DNA of 64,000 nt from Novosphingobium sp. SCN 66-18 (GCA_001725355.1 MEGD01000038.1:3612-67611); one strand, 5' to 3'. Shown: positions 1 to 10,557, numbered from the stretch's first letter. The notes: a model not told the origin generated them from the letters alone. A program made the numbers and translations.

Positions 1-2
1 CG

Positions 3-671
3 CAGGTGATCCCGCGCGATCGCCACGCGATGTTCTTCGCCACGCTGGGCGTGGTCGCCTCGTCGATCGAACGGCTGGCCGTGGAGGTCCGCCACCTGCA
101 GCGGACCGAAGTGCTGGAAGCGGAGGAATACTTCTCGCCGGGCCAGAAGGGTTCCTCGGCCATGCCGCACAAGCGCAACCCCGTGCTGACCGAAAACCTG
201 ACCGGCCTTGCCCGCATGGTCCGTTCGGCCGTCACGCCCGCGCTGGAGAATGTGGCGCTGTGGCACGAACGCGACATTTCGCACTCCTCGGTCGAACGCT
301 TCATCGGCCCGGACGCCACGATCACGCTCGATTTCGCGCTGGCGCGGCTGACCAGCGTGGTCGACAAGCTGGTGGTCTATCCGGAGCGGATGCAGAAGAA
401 CCTCGACCGGATGGGCGGACTGGTCCATTCGCAGCGGGTGCTGCTGGCCCTGACGCAGGCGGGCGTCACCCGCGACAACGCCTATCGCCTGGTCCAGCGC
501 AACGCGATGAAGGTGTGGGAATCGGACGGACAGCTTTCGCTGCTCGAACTGCTGAAGGCCGATCCCGAAGTAACCGCCGCCCTCCCGGCGCGGAAACTGG
601 AAGAGAAGTTCAACCTCGATTACCACTTCAAGGCGATCGACACGATCTTCGCACGGGTGTTCGGCGAATAA
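3..671 (+). CDS. purB: adenylosuccinate lyase, 3' part (5' end outside window)
   Basis: Fumarate-lyase signature GSSAMPHKRNP and WHERDISHSS. Confidence 0.96.
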   Translation, partial: QVIPRDRHAMFFATLGVVASSIERLAVEVRHLQRTEVLEAEEYFSPGQKGSSAMPHKRNPVLTENLTGLARMVRSAVTPALENVALWHERDISHSSVERFIGPDATITLDFALARLTSVVDKLVVYPERMQKNLDRMGGLVHSQRVLLALTQAGVTRDNAYRLVQRNAMKVWESDGQLSLLELLKADPEVTAALPARKLEEKFNLDYHFKAIDTIFARVFGE

Positions 672-757
672 GCGGAGACTCGCGCGAAAGGGAAAAGCGG
701 GTTACGGCCTGTTGAGCAACGCGGCCAGACGGCCAGATGTCCGGGGGAACAAAGGCA

Positions 758-1072
758 ATGCGGATTGTTCGCACGATCTTCTGGACCGCGGTCATCGTGG
801 TGCTCGGTCTATTTTCCGTCGCCAACTGGCAACCGGTGGAGGTGCGCATCTGGGAAGGGCTGGTGCTGGAAACACGCCTGCCCGCGTTGGTGATCTCCGC
901 CTTCCTGCTGGGCCTGTTGCCGATGTGGGCCTTGTACCGCGCCACGCGCTGGCGGCTGGGACGGCGCATCACCAACCTCGAATCCCTGCTTGCCGCGCAA
1001 AACCCCGCACCGCCTCTGGCGACCTCCACGCAGCTCGAAGCCGCGTCCACCCCCGATAGTTCAAGAGCGTGA
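758..1072 (+). CDS. small membrane protein, LapA/DUF1049-like
   Basis: Two hydrophobic segments around ANWQPV, directly upstream of pyrF; ATG 758 chosen, 737 is an alternative start. Confidence 0.6.
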   Translation: MRIVRTIFWTAVIVVLGLFSVANWQPVEVRIWEGLVLETRLPALVISAFLLGLLPMWALYRATRWRLGRRITNLESLLAAQNPAPPLATSTQLEAASTPDSSRA

Positions 1073-1752
1073 CCCCCGTGAGCAATCCGATTTACCTCGC
1101 CCTCGACCTGCCCCGCCTCGATGCCGCGATCGCGCTTGCTCAGAAGGTGCGCGGCCATGTCGGCGGACTGAAGCTGGGCCTCGAATTCTTCTGTGCGCAC
1201 GGGCATCACGGCGTGCATGAAGTGGCCCGGATCGGTCTGCCGCTCTTCCTCGACCTGAAGCTGCACGATATTCCCAACACCGTGGCCGGCGCGATGCAGT
1301 CCATCCACGTTCTCGAACCCGCGATCGTCACGGTCCACGCCTCGGGCGGGCGGGCGATGATGGAAGATGCCAAGGCCGCCGCCGGCGAAAACTGCAAGGT
1401 CGTGGCGGTCACCGTGCTCACCAGCCTTGACGATGGCGATCTCGCCCGCGTGGGCGTGGGCGGATCGGCGCACGACCAGGTGCTGCGCCTGGCCGATCTG
1501 GCGCAGGAAGCGGGCATCGACGGCATCGTCTGTTCCGGGCACGAGGTCGCCGCCGTGCACAAGCGCTGGAAGAACGGCTTCTTCGTCGTGCCCGGCCTGC
1601 GCCCCGCCGATGGCCACCTGGGCGACCAGAAGCGCGCCGTCACCCCGCGCCAGGCACGCGATGCCGGCGCCAGCGTGCTGGTGATCGGACGCCCGATCAG
1701 CCGCGCCGAAGACCCCGTCATGGCCGCGCGCGCGATCGAGGCCACGCTCTAG
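1069..1752 (+). CDS. pyrF: orotidine-5'-phosphate decarboxylase
   Basis: FLDLKLHDIPNTV, VPGLRP, LVIGRPI motifs; start may be GTG 1078. Confidence 0.96.
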   Translation: MTPVSNPIYLALDLPRLDAAIALAQKVRGHVGGLKLGLEFFCAHGHHGVHEVARIGLPLFLDLKLHDIPNTVAGAMQSIHVLEPAIVTVHASGGRAMMEDAKAAAGENCKVVAVTVLTSLDDGDLARVGVGGSAHDQVLRLADLAQEAGIDGIVCSGHEVAAVHKRWKNGFFVVPGLRPADGHLGDQKRAVTPRQARDAGASVLVIGRPISRAEDPVMAARAIEATL

Positions 1753-1795
1753 GTTGCGCGGGCGTCCCGTCGAAGATTGGTGGCGGCATAAAAAG

Positions 1796-1907
1796 CCCCG
1801 TTCGTCCTGAGCCTGTCGAAGGACGCGCGATACGGGTGGTCTGGAAATGGTTTGCCGCGCGAGACCAGCACCGCGCACGTCCTTCGACAGGCTCGGGACG
1901 AACGGGG
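1796..1907. repeat. REP/MITE-like element with 30-bp inverted arms
   Basis: ccccgttcgtcctgagcctgtcgaaggacg (1796-1825) is the reverse complement of 1878-1907 with one mismatch. Confidence 0.85.
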
Positions 1908-2025
1908 GTGGGATTGGGTCCCGGAACGATTCACCAATCTGAACGGTTTCCGTTGCAACGGTTCATCACGCCGTAACGTCGCTTCGTCCAGATCGCGCAA
2001 CAGAATGCAACAGGAGACCGCCCCC

Positions 2026-2796
2026 ATGAAACGTGCCCTTCTTTCCGTCACCGCGGCGGCCGCTTTCGCGCCGCTGGCGATGATGGCCACTCCGGCGGCA
2101 GCGCAGGCCGCGCTTTCCACCGCGCCGGTCGTGGCGGCGGGCAACAGCGTGCTGACCATCTCCGCCGAAGGGAAGACGACGCGCACACCCGATCTCGCAG
2201 TGTTCAATGCCGGCGTCACCACACAGGGCAAGACCGCCGGCGAGGCCTTGAGCGAAAACGCCGCCAAGATGAATGCGGTGATCGCGGCGCTGAAGCGCAC
2301 CGGCATCGCCGACCGCGACATCCAGACCAGCAACCTTTCGGTGAACCCGGTCTATGGCCAGCCCAAGCGCCTGCCCGATGGTTCGATCGAGCAGCAGGAG
2401 CCGGTGATCATCGGCTATCAGGCGACCAACCAGGTCTCCGTGCGCCAACGCAAGATCGACCAATACGGCAAGGTGATCGACACATTGGTGGCGGCGGGCG
2501 CCAACCAGGTCAACGGCCCGTCGTTCCAACTCGACAACGCCGATGCGGCGACGGACGAAGCCCGTGTCGACGCGATGAAGAAGGCCCGCGCCCGCGCCGA
2601 CCTCTATGCCCGCGCCGCCGGCCTGCGCGTGGTGCGCGTGCTGACGATCAGCGAAAGCGGCGGCTGGTCGCCGCCCGCGCCGGTCCTCTATGCCCGCGCC
2701 GACAAGATGATGGCCGCCGCCGCGCCCAGCCCGGTCGCCGCCGGTGAACTGGATGTCGGCGCCAGCGTGACCGTCACCTACGAACTCGCCCCCTGA
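2026..2796 (+). CDS. SIMPL/DUF541 periplasmic protein
   Basis: Signal peptide, PDLA, DIQTSNLSVNP, GANQVNGPSF; RBS caggag before ATG 2026. Confidence 0.9.
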   Translation: MKRALLSVTAAAAFAPLAMMATPAAAQAALSTAPVVAAGNSVLTISAEGKTTRTPDLAVFNAGVTTQGKTAGEALSENAAKMNAVIAALKRTGIADRDIQTSNLSVNPVYGQPKRLPDGSIEQQEPVIIGYQATNQVSVRQRKIDQYGKVIDTLVAAGANQVNGPSFQLDNADAATDEARVDAMKKARARADLYARAAGLRVVRVLTISESGGWSPPAPVLYARADKMMAAAAPSPVAAGELDVGASVTVTYELAP

Positions 2797-2840
2797 TCGT
2801 CAGTTTGACGAAGCGGCCGGGCATGGCCTAACGCACGGCC

Positions 2841-3485
2841 ATGCCCGGCCCTTCCATCAAGATCTGCGGAATCACGACGCCGCAGGCGCTGTCCGCCACG
2901 ATCAAGGCCCGCGCCGAGTACGTCGGCTTCAACTTCTATCCCCCATCCCCGCGCTTCCTGGCCTTTTCCGAAGCCCCCGCGCTGGCGGAACAAGCACAGG
3001 GCAGGATCACGCGGGTAGGCGTCTTCGTCGATGCCGACGATGCCTTCATCGCCGAAGCCGTCGCGGCAGCGCGGCTCGATGCCATCCAGCTTCACGGCCA
3101 CGAAGCGCCCGAGCGCGCCGCGCAGGTTCGCGCCCGGTTCGGGGTGCCGGTGTGGAAAGTGCTGTCCGTCGCCACAGCGGCCGATGTGGCGCGCGCCGCC
3201 GCCTATGCCGGCACGGCGGACTTCATCCTGTTCGATGCCAAGACGCCCAAGGGTGCCGCCCTGCCCGGCGGACTGGGTCTGGCGTTCGACTGGACGCTGC
3301 TGGCCGGCTACCGCGGCGCGCTGCCGTGGGGCCTCGCCGGCGGCCTGTCGCCGGACAACGTGGCCGAGGCGATCCGCATGACCGGGGCGCCGATGGTCGA
3401 TGTCTCGTCCGGCGTGGAAAGCGCGCCGGGGGTGAAGGACGAACAGCGCATCGCCTCGTTCTGTTACGCCGCCCGCGCGGGCTGA
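2841..3485 (+). CDS. trpF: phosphoribosylanthranilate isomerase
   Basis: IKICGIT, IQLHGHE, LAGGL, VDVSSGVE. Confidence 0.96.
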   Translation: MPGPSIKICGITTPQALSATIKARAEYVGFNFYPPSPRFLAFSEAPALAEQAQGRITRVGVFVDADDAFIAEAVAAARLDAIQLHGHEAPERAAQVRARFGVPVWKVLSVATAADVARAAAYAGTADFILFDAKTPKGAALPGGLGLAFDWTLLAGYRGALPWGLAGGLSPDNVAEAIRMTGAPMVDVSSGVESAPGVKDEQRIASFCYAARAG

Positions 3486-3502
3486 TCGCTCCACCGGAAC
3501 AG

Positions 3503-3533
3503 AAAAAGGGCGGCTTCCCGAAGAAAGCCGCCC
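3503..3533 (-). terminator. intrinsic terminator between convergent trpF and OMP gene
   Basis: gggcggctt...aagccgccc stem preceded by A5 (U tail on minus strand). Confidence 0.7.
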
Positions 3534-3583
3534 CGAAGCCATGCCACGCTTTCAGGCGTGGCCGGATCGCGTGTCCAACGCGA

Positions 3584-4042
3584 TCAGAACTTCACCCCCA
3601 CGCCGGCCACGACCGCGTTGGCATCGTTGAAGCCGTTGCGGCCGAAGTAGTGGCGATATTCCACCTTGCCGTAGAGGTTCCCCATGAACCCGCGCTCATA
3701 GCCAGCGCCGAGATGCCACGATCCTTCGCACAGGCTGCACGGTTCGGTGGTGTAACCGCCGGTGCCGTAAAGCTTCGAGCCGGCGAGCTTGGCGCCCAGA
3801 CGGCCGGTGAAGCCCCAGGCAACCTTGGTGCCCGAGGTGAGAATCTTGTCGCCCGAGACTTCAAGGCCGGAAAAAGCGGCCGGCCCCAGATCGAAATCGT
3901 AGCCGGCAGCGACACCGGCCGTGCCCTTCGTCGCGCCGTCCGTCCAGTACACGCCCGCGCGCGTTTCGACGCGGACTTCGTTGGCGAGGGCCGGGGTCGC
4001 CGCGACCAGCGAGGCGGCGAGCGAAAGAAGAACAATACGCAT
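3584..4042 (-). CDS. small outer-membrane beta-barrel protein
   Basis: Signal peptide PALA, AGYDF, KVEYRH, C-terminal Phe; RBS aggag. Confidence 0.85.
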   Translation of the reverse strand: MRIVLLSLAASLVAATPALANEVRVETRAGVYWTDGATKGTAGVAAGYDFDLGPAAFSGLEVSGDKILTSGTKVAWGFTGRLGAKLAGSKLYGTGGYTTEPCSLCEGSWHLGAGYERGFMGNLYGKVEYRHYFGRNGFNDANAVVAGVGVKF

Positions 4043-4226
4043 AATAAACTCCTGACTTGAACGCCCCTTCTTTGCTTTATGGGGGCGGCTGCCAGTTAAT
4101 TTTCAATCGTATATGTCACAATACGGAAAACATTAATCCAATCAAAACCTTCACATAAGTGACATCATTGCCACACATTTATCGCTATTTTTGTAACGAA
4201 TATTTTCGGCATTATTGCCGAATATC

Positions 4227-4330
4227 AAAAATGAAAAGGCGGCCTCTTTCGAGACCGCCTTCACGACGTTGCAGCGCCACTCTAGCGACTGCATCTTTCC
4301 GCAAGATGAACGTCAGCACAAAATCGTGCA
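4227..4330 (-). ncRNA. candidate structured sRNA or leader RNA with intrinsic terminator
   Basis: Minus-strand three-way junction (gacgtt/aacgtc closing two hairpins) followed by a GAAA-loop stem and U-rich tail; no minus-strand CDS ends here. Confidence 0.5.
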
Positions 4331-4454
4331 ATCCAACGCGCACGCCGCCCATACCCACAAGCGGCCAAAGAGCTGTCCTTGCCCCGTGGTGAAACGCGCG
4401 CGCGCGAAGGACGCGAATCTGGACAAGCCGCGCAGCCTCTGCCAATCGCCGCTC

Positions 4455-5702
<1,248 letters not shown>

Positions 5703-5710
5703 TCGATTGC

Positions 5711-6134
5711 CCCTCTCACCTTCAGGGGAGAGGGTTGGGAGAGGGGAAAATGCGCGATGCCCGTCTTGCTGAATTCGCCCGCGACAATCGCAAGGCCATG
5801 TCGGAGCCGGAAGCGCGAATGTGGCTTGCCTTGCGCGCCAACCGGTTCGAAGGGGTGAAATTCCGACGGCAGAAGGTGATCGGACGCTACATTGCCGATT
5901 TCGCTGCCAATGAGCCACGCATCGTGGTGGAGATCGACGGCCATACGCATGACGTCGATGACCCTCGCGATGCACAAAGAACGAGATATCTGAACGAGCG
6001 TGGCTACCATGTGGTCCGCTTCACGAACGGCGATGTTATGACGAACCTTGAAGGTGTGTTGCAGATGCTTGCCAAGACGCTGAGAGAAGCGCGGGAAGCC
6101 CCTCTCCCAACCCTCTCCCATGAAGGGGAGAGGG
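5711..6134. mobile_element. putative repeat-bounded nuclease cassette (36-bp inverted arms around a DUF559 gene)
   Basis: Arms 5711-5746 and 6099-6134 are reverse complements with 2 mismatches, each with an internal hairpin; interrupts the trpB-trpA junction. Confidence 0.65.
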
Positions 6135-6139
6135 CTTGA
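5750..6139 (+). CDS. DUF559 / Vsr-like endonuclease
   Basis: FRRQ, YIADF, VEIDGxxH, RDxxRTxxL, VVRFTN motifs; 129 aa. Confidence 0.9.
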   Translation: MRDARLAEFARDNRKAMSEPEARMWLALRANRFEGVKFRRQKVIGRYIADFAANEPRIVVEIDGHTHDVDDPRDAQRTRYLNERGYHVVRFTNGDVMTNLEGVLQMLAKTLREAREAPLPTLSHEGERA

Positions 6140-6939
6140 TGCCCCGCCTTTCAAACGCCTTCGCCAAGGGCCGCCCCGCCCTCGTCACTTTCGTCACCGG
6201 CGGCGACCCCACGCCGGACGCCACCGCTTCGATCCTCGACGCGCTGGTCGAAGGCGGTGCCGACGTGATCGAGCTGGGGATGCCCTTTACCGATCCGATG
6301 GCCGATGGTCCGGCGATCCAGCTCGCCAACCTGCGGTCGCTGGGCGCCGGCACCAGGACCGCCGACATCCTGCGCATCGCCGCGGAGTTCCGCGCGCGCC
6401 ATCCCGAGGTGCCCCTGGTGCTGATGGGCTATGCCAATCCGATGACCGTGCGCGGGTCCGACTGGTTCGCCGCCGAATGCGTGACCGCCGGCGTCGATGG
6501 CGTGATCTGCGTGGACATCCCGCCGGAGGAAGATGCCGAGCTTGGCCCCGCGCTTCGCGGTGCCGGCATTTCGCTGATCCGTCTGGCTACGCCCACCACT
6601 GACGACGCGCGGCTTCCCGCCGTGCTCGAAGGCTCATCGGGCTTTCTCTATTACGTGTCGGTCGCCGGCATCACCGGGATGCAGCAGGCGGCGCAGGCGT
6701 CAATCGACGAAGCGGTCGCGCGGATCAAGGCCTCGGCCACGATTCCCGTTGCCGTCGGCTTCGGCGTGCGCACGCCCGAACAGGCCGCTGCCATCGCCCG
6801 GGTGGCCGATGGCGTGGTCGTTGGGTCGGCACTTGTCGATCTCGTCGCAAAACATGGCGCGGATGCCGTCGGACCGGTGAAGGAACTCACCGCCGCGCTG
6901 GCCACCGCCGTCCACTCTGTCCGCAAGGAAATCGCATGA
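6139..6939 (+). CDS. trpA: tryptophan synthase alpha subunit
   Basis: [28 protein letters not shown]. Confidence 0.98.
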   Translation: MPRLSNAFAKGRPALVTFVTGGDPTPDATASILDALVEGGADVIELGMPFTDPMADGPAIQLANLRSLGAGTRTADILRIAAEFRARHPEVPLVLMGYANPMTVRGSDWFAAECVTAGVDGVICVDIPPEEDAELGPALRGAGISLIRLATPTTDDARLPAVLEGSSGFLYYVSVAGITGMQQAAQASIDEAVARIKASATIPVAVGFGVRTPEQAAAIARVADGVVVGSALVDLVAKHGADAVGPVKELTAALATAVHSVRKEIA

Positions 6940-7784
6940 GCTGGCTCAACCGCGTTCGCAACGCCCTGCCCTTCACGCCGAAGCGGGACACGCCCGACAA
7001 CCTCTGGATCAAGTGCCCTTCGTGCAGCGAAATGCTGTTTACCAAGGACTATGAGGACAACCTTTCGGTCTGCCCGCATTGCGACCATCACGGCCGCATC
7101 GGCGCCGACGCGCGGTTCGCGCAGTTGCTCGATCCGGGTTTCGAGATCCTTCCCGCGCCCAGGGTGAAGGAAGATCCGCTGAAGTTTCGCGACAGCAAGA
7201 AGTACACCGACCGTCTCAAGGCGGCCAAGGCCGCCAACCCGCACCCCGATGCGTTGACCAATGCCGCCGGCACGATCGACGGGCAAAAGGCCGTGGTCGG
7301 CGTGCAGGAATTCGCGTTCATGGGCGGATCGATGGGCATGGCCGTGGGCAATGCCTTCATCGCCGGGATCGAGCGCGCGATCGCGGAGAAGTGCCCCTAC
7401 ATCGCGGTGACGGCCGCCGGCGGCGCGCGGATGCAGGAGGGCATTCTCAGCCTGATGCAGATGCCGCGCAGCACCGTGGCCATCGCCAAACTTCACGCGG
7501 CGGGCCTGCCCTATATCGTGCTGCTGACCGATCCCACCACCGGCGGTGTCACCGCCAGCTACGCCATGCTGGGCGACGTGCAGATCGCCGAACCGGGCGC
7601 GCTGATCGGGTTTGCCGGCCAGCGCGTGATTCAGGACACCATCCGCGAAAAGCTGCCCGAAGGCTTCCAGCGCGCGGAATACCTCCATGCCCACGGCATG
7701 CTCGACATGGTCGTCCACCGCCGCGACATGAAGGCGACTCTGGCGCAAGTGATCGACTACCTCACGGCGGCCAAGGCGGCGTGA
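6936..7784 (+). CDS. accD: acetyl-CoA carboxylase carboxyltransferase beta subunit
   Basis: Zn ribbon CPSC...[28 protein letters not shown]. Confidence 0.97.
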   Translation: MSWLNRVRNALPFTPKRDTPDNLWIKCPSCSEMLFTKDYEDNLSVCPHCDHHGRIGADARFAQLLDPGFEILPAPRVKEDPLKFRDSKKYTDRLKAAKAANPHPDALTNAAGTIDGQKAVVGVQEFAFMGGSMGMAVGNAFIAGIERAIAEKCPYIAVTAAGGARMQEGILSLMQMPRSTVAIAKLHAAGLPYIVLLTDPTTGGVTASYAMLGDVQIAEPGALIGFAGQRVIQDTIREKLPEGFQRAEYLHAHGMLDMVVHRRDMKATLAQVIDYLTAAKAA

Positions 7785-7792
7785 CCGCCTCT

Positions 7793-7830
7793 CCCCTCCC
7801 GCATGCGGGAGGGGCGCATGCGGGAGGGGC
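7793..7830. repeat. GC-rich palindrome with 15-bp tandem duplication (REP-like remnant)
   Basis: Perfect palindrome cccctcccgcatgcgggagggg (7793-7814); gcatgcgggaggggc repeated at 7801-7815 and 7816-7830. Confidence 0.75.
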
Positions 7831-7832
7831 CT

Positions 7833-9143
7833 TTGACGCGCGACTTCGCCATTTCCGAAAACGCGGCGGTGCAGGCGCAGCTTGACCGGCTGGGCGCGCT
7901 GTCGTTGCCGCAGGGCCGGTTCGGGCTGGATACCGCGCGCGCGCTGCTCGCCCGCGTCGGCAATCCGCATCGGGCACTGCCGCCGGTGTTCCATGTGGCC
8001 GGCACCAACGGCAAGGGATCGACCTGCACGTATCTGCGCTTCATGCTGGAGGCGCAGGGGCTGACGGTCCATTCCGCCACCAAGCCGCACCTGGTGCGCT
8101 ACAACGAACGCATCCGCATCGCCGGCCAGCTGATCGGGGACGATCTGCTCGCGGCGCTGCTCCAGGAAGTGCTGGACGCGGCGGAAGACCTTGCCCCCAG
8201 CTTCTTCGAAGTGACCACGGTGGCGACGTTCCTGGCCTTCCACCGCATCCCGGCCGATGCCTGCGTGATCGAAACCGGCCTCGGCGGCCGGCTCGACGCC
8301 ACCAACGTCCTGCCGACAGCGGCGGCGTGCGGCATCGCCACGCTGGGGCTGGACCACGAAAGCTTCCTGCTGACGCCCGAAGCCGGCGTACCTGCCGATC
8401 CGCTGGCACGCATCGCCTTCGAGAAGGCGAGCATCGCCAAGCCCGGTGTGCCGCTGGTGACGCAGAGCTATCCTGCCGCCGTGGCGCAATCGGTGCTCGA
8501 TACGGCGCAGGCGATCGGCGCGCCGGTCATTATGCGCGGGCGCGACTGGAACGCCGAGATCGGCGACGCAATCGCCTACAGCGATGCGCGCGGTTCGCTC
8601 ACCCTGCCCCTGCCCGCGCTGCCCGGCAGCCATCAGGCGGACAACGCCGCGCTCGCCGTGGCGATGCTGCGCCATCAGGATGGGATTGCCGTCTTGCCCG
8701 AGGCCATGGCGCGGGGCATCCCCGCCGCGCGCTGGCCGGCGCGGCTTCAGCGGTTGGGCGCAGGCCCGCTGACCGCGCTAGCCGGCCGCCGCGCGGTGTG
8801 GCTCGACGGCGGGCACAATCCCGACGCCGGCCTCGCCATCGCCCGCCACTTCGCCGGCGGCTCGAAAATCCACCTCGTCACGGGTATGCTCGCCAACAAG
8901 GACCCGTCCGCGATCATCGCGCCGCTGGCCGACCGGCTGCTGTCGCTGTCGATCGTTCCCGCGCCGGGGCACGACGCGCACCGCCCGGAGGATTTCGCGC
9001 CGTTCACCACGCTGCCGGCGCGCAGCTTCGCCAACGTGCCCGAAGCCCTGGCCGCGCTGCCGCCCGAAGGCGACGTGCTGATCGCGGGATCGCTCTACCT
9101 TGCCGGCGACGTGCTGCGCCGGAACGGGGAAGTGCCGGATTAG
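7833..9143 (+). CDS. folC: folylpolyglutamate synthase/dihydrofolate synthase
   Basis: HVAGTNGKGS, ETGLGGRLDATN, LDGGHN, GSLYL; start TTG 7833 inferred because upstream ATGs lie inside the repeat. Confidence 0.93.
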   Translation: MTRDFAISENAAVQAQLDRLGALSLPQGRFGLDTARALLARVGNPHRALPPVFHVAGTNGKGSTCTYLRFMLEAQGLTVHSATKPHLVRYNERIRIAGQLIGDDLLAALLQEVLDAAEDLAPSFFEVTTVATFLAFHRIPADACVIETGLGGRLDATNVLPTAAACGIATLGLDHESFLLTPEAGVPADPLARIAFEKASIAKPGVPLVTQSYPAAVAQSVLDTAQAIGAPVIMRGRDWNAEIGDAIAYSDARGSLTLPLPALPGSHQADNAALAVAMLRHQDGIAVLPEAMARGIPAARWPARLQRLGAGPLTALAGRRAVWLDGGHNPDAGLAIARHFAGGSKIHLVTGMLANKDPSAIIAPLADRLLSLSIVPAPGHDAHRPEDFAPFTTLPARSFANVPEALAALPPEGDVLIAGSLYLAGDVLRRNGEVPD

Positions 9144-10465
9144 GCGGCGTCCTCGCCCGCCGTGCCCATGGCTTCGTCGACCAGGCCGGTGCGGCTCATC
9201 CACCAGAACAGCACGATGCCCGGCAACGCCAGCACGGTGGTCAGCAGATAGAAGTTCACGTAGCCGAACCGCTCGATCATCGCCCCGGCGGTCGTGCCGG
9301 TCACGAACCGCCCGACGATGCTCGCGCCGGGGGAAATCAGCGCGTACTGCGCCGCCGTGAACCGCAGGTCGCACAGCGCGGAGAAATAGGCGACCACTAC
9401 CACGCCGCCGTACCCGGATGCGATGTTCTCGAAACCGATCGCGCCGGCCATGCCCAGGTTGGAATGGCCCGCCGCCGCCAGCGCCGCGAAGCTCAGGTTC
9501 GACACGCCCATCAGCACCAGTGCGAACAGCACCGACCGCTTCAGACCAAGGCGCGAATAGGCCGCGCCGCCGATGAACACGCCGATGAGGTAGGCCCAGA
9601 AGCCCAGCCCCACGTCGTAGAGCGCAATTTCGTCGTTGGTGAAGCCAAGGTCGTCGAACAGCAACCGGAACGTCAGGTTGGCCAGCGTATCGCCGATCTT
9701 GTGGACCAGGATGAAGGCCAGCACCAGCAGCGCGCCATGGCGCCGGAAGAACTCCGCGAACGGGCCGGTGATCGAATCCCACACCTCGCCCAGCCCCTTG
9801 CGGGTGGTCGCCTCGCGATGGCGGGCGGGTTCGCCCATCAGCAGAGCGGTCAGCACCGCCGGCAGCACCAGAAACGCACAGGCGACGTAGGCGGCCGTCC
9901 AGCCATGCCGCGCGGCGACGAACAGCGCGATCCCGCCGGCGCCGGCCGAGCCGATCCGCCATCCGTATTGCGACATGCCCGATCCCGTGCCCAGCTGGTA
10001 GGGCTTGAGCGTTTCGATCCGGAAGGCGTCGATCACGATGTCGAACGTCGCACCCGCCGCGCCGACCAGAACGGCGGCCACCACTGTTGCGCCGATGTCC
10101 TTCGCGGGATCGACCAGCGCGAGATTGATGACGGCCAGGAACACCAGCGCGCCGGCAAGGATCATCCAGGACACGCGCTGTCCCATCCGGGCCAGCACCG
10201 GCAGATGCACGCCATCGACCAGCCATGACCACAGGAACTTGAGGTTATAGACCAGGAACGCCAGCGTGAACGCGGTGATCGTGGACTTCTGGATGTGATC
10301 CTGCGCCAGACGCGTCGTGAGCGTCGCCCCGATCATCGCGAACGGGAATCCCGACGAGATGCCGAGGAAGAACGACGCCAGCGATTCGCGTTCGACATAG
10401 GGCTTCAGCGCCTGCACCAGTCCGCTTCCCTCGCCCGTTTTCCCACGCGCCCCTACGTCATTCAT
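9140..10465 (-). CDS. ampG: AmpG-family muropeptide MFS permease
   Basis: LGISSGFP, KFLWSWLVD, ATFDIVIDAFRIE, TAAQYAL. Confidence 0.85.
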   Translation of the reverse strand: MNDVGARGKTGEGSGLVQALKPYVERESLASFFLGISSGFPFAMIGATLTTRLAQDHIQKSTITAFTLAFLVYNLKFLWSWLVDGVHLPVLARMGQRVSWMILAGALVFLAVINLALVDPAKDIGATVVAAVLVGAAGATFDIVIDAFRIETLKPYQLGTGSGMSQYGWRIGSAGAGGIALFVAARHGWTAAYVACAFLVLPAVLTALLMGEPARHREATTRKGLGEVWDSITGPFAEFFRRHGALLVLAFILVHKIGDTLANLTFRLLFDDLGFTNDEIALYDVGLGFWAYLIGVFIGGAAYSRLGLKRSVLFALVLMGVSNLSFAALAAAGHSNLGMAGAIGFENIASGYGGVVVVAYFSALCDLRFTAAQYALISPGASIVGRFVTGTTAGAMIERFGYVNFYLLTTVLALPGIVLFWWMSRTGLVDEAMGTAGEDAA

Positions 10466-10557
10466 GCGGCGATTGCTCCCTGCCCGATTTCGCGCAAAAC
10501 TAGCGGCGTTTCGGGGTATGCCTAGCCCCGACAACAAAAGATAGGGAAGAGGACCCC

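Noticed and set aside
4159-4454. Short ORF 4159-4392 and upstream extension of trpB as a possible trp leader peptide
   Set aside because: No tandem Trp codons, and the terminator here faces the minus strand, not trpB.
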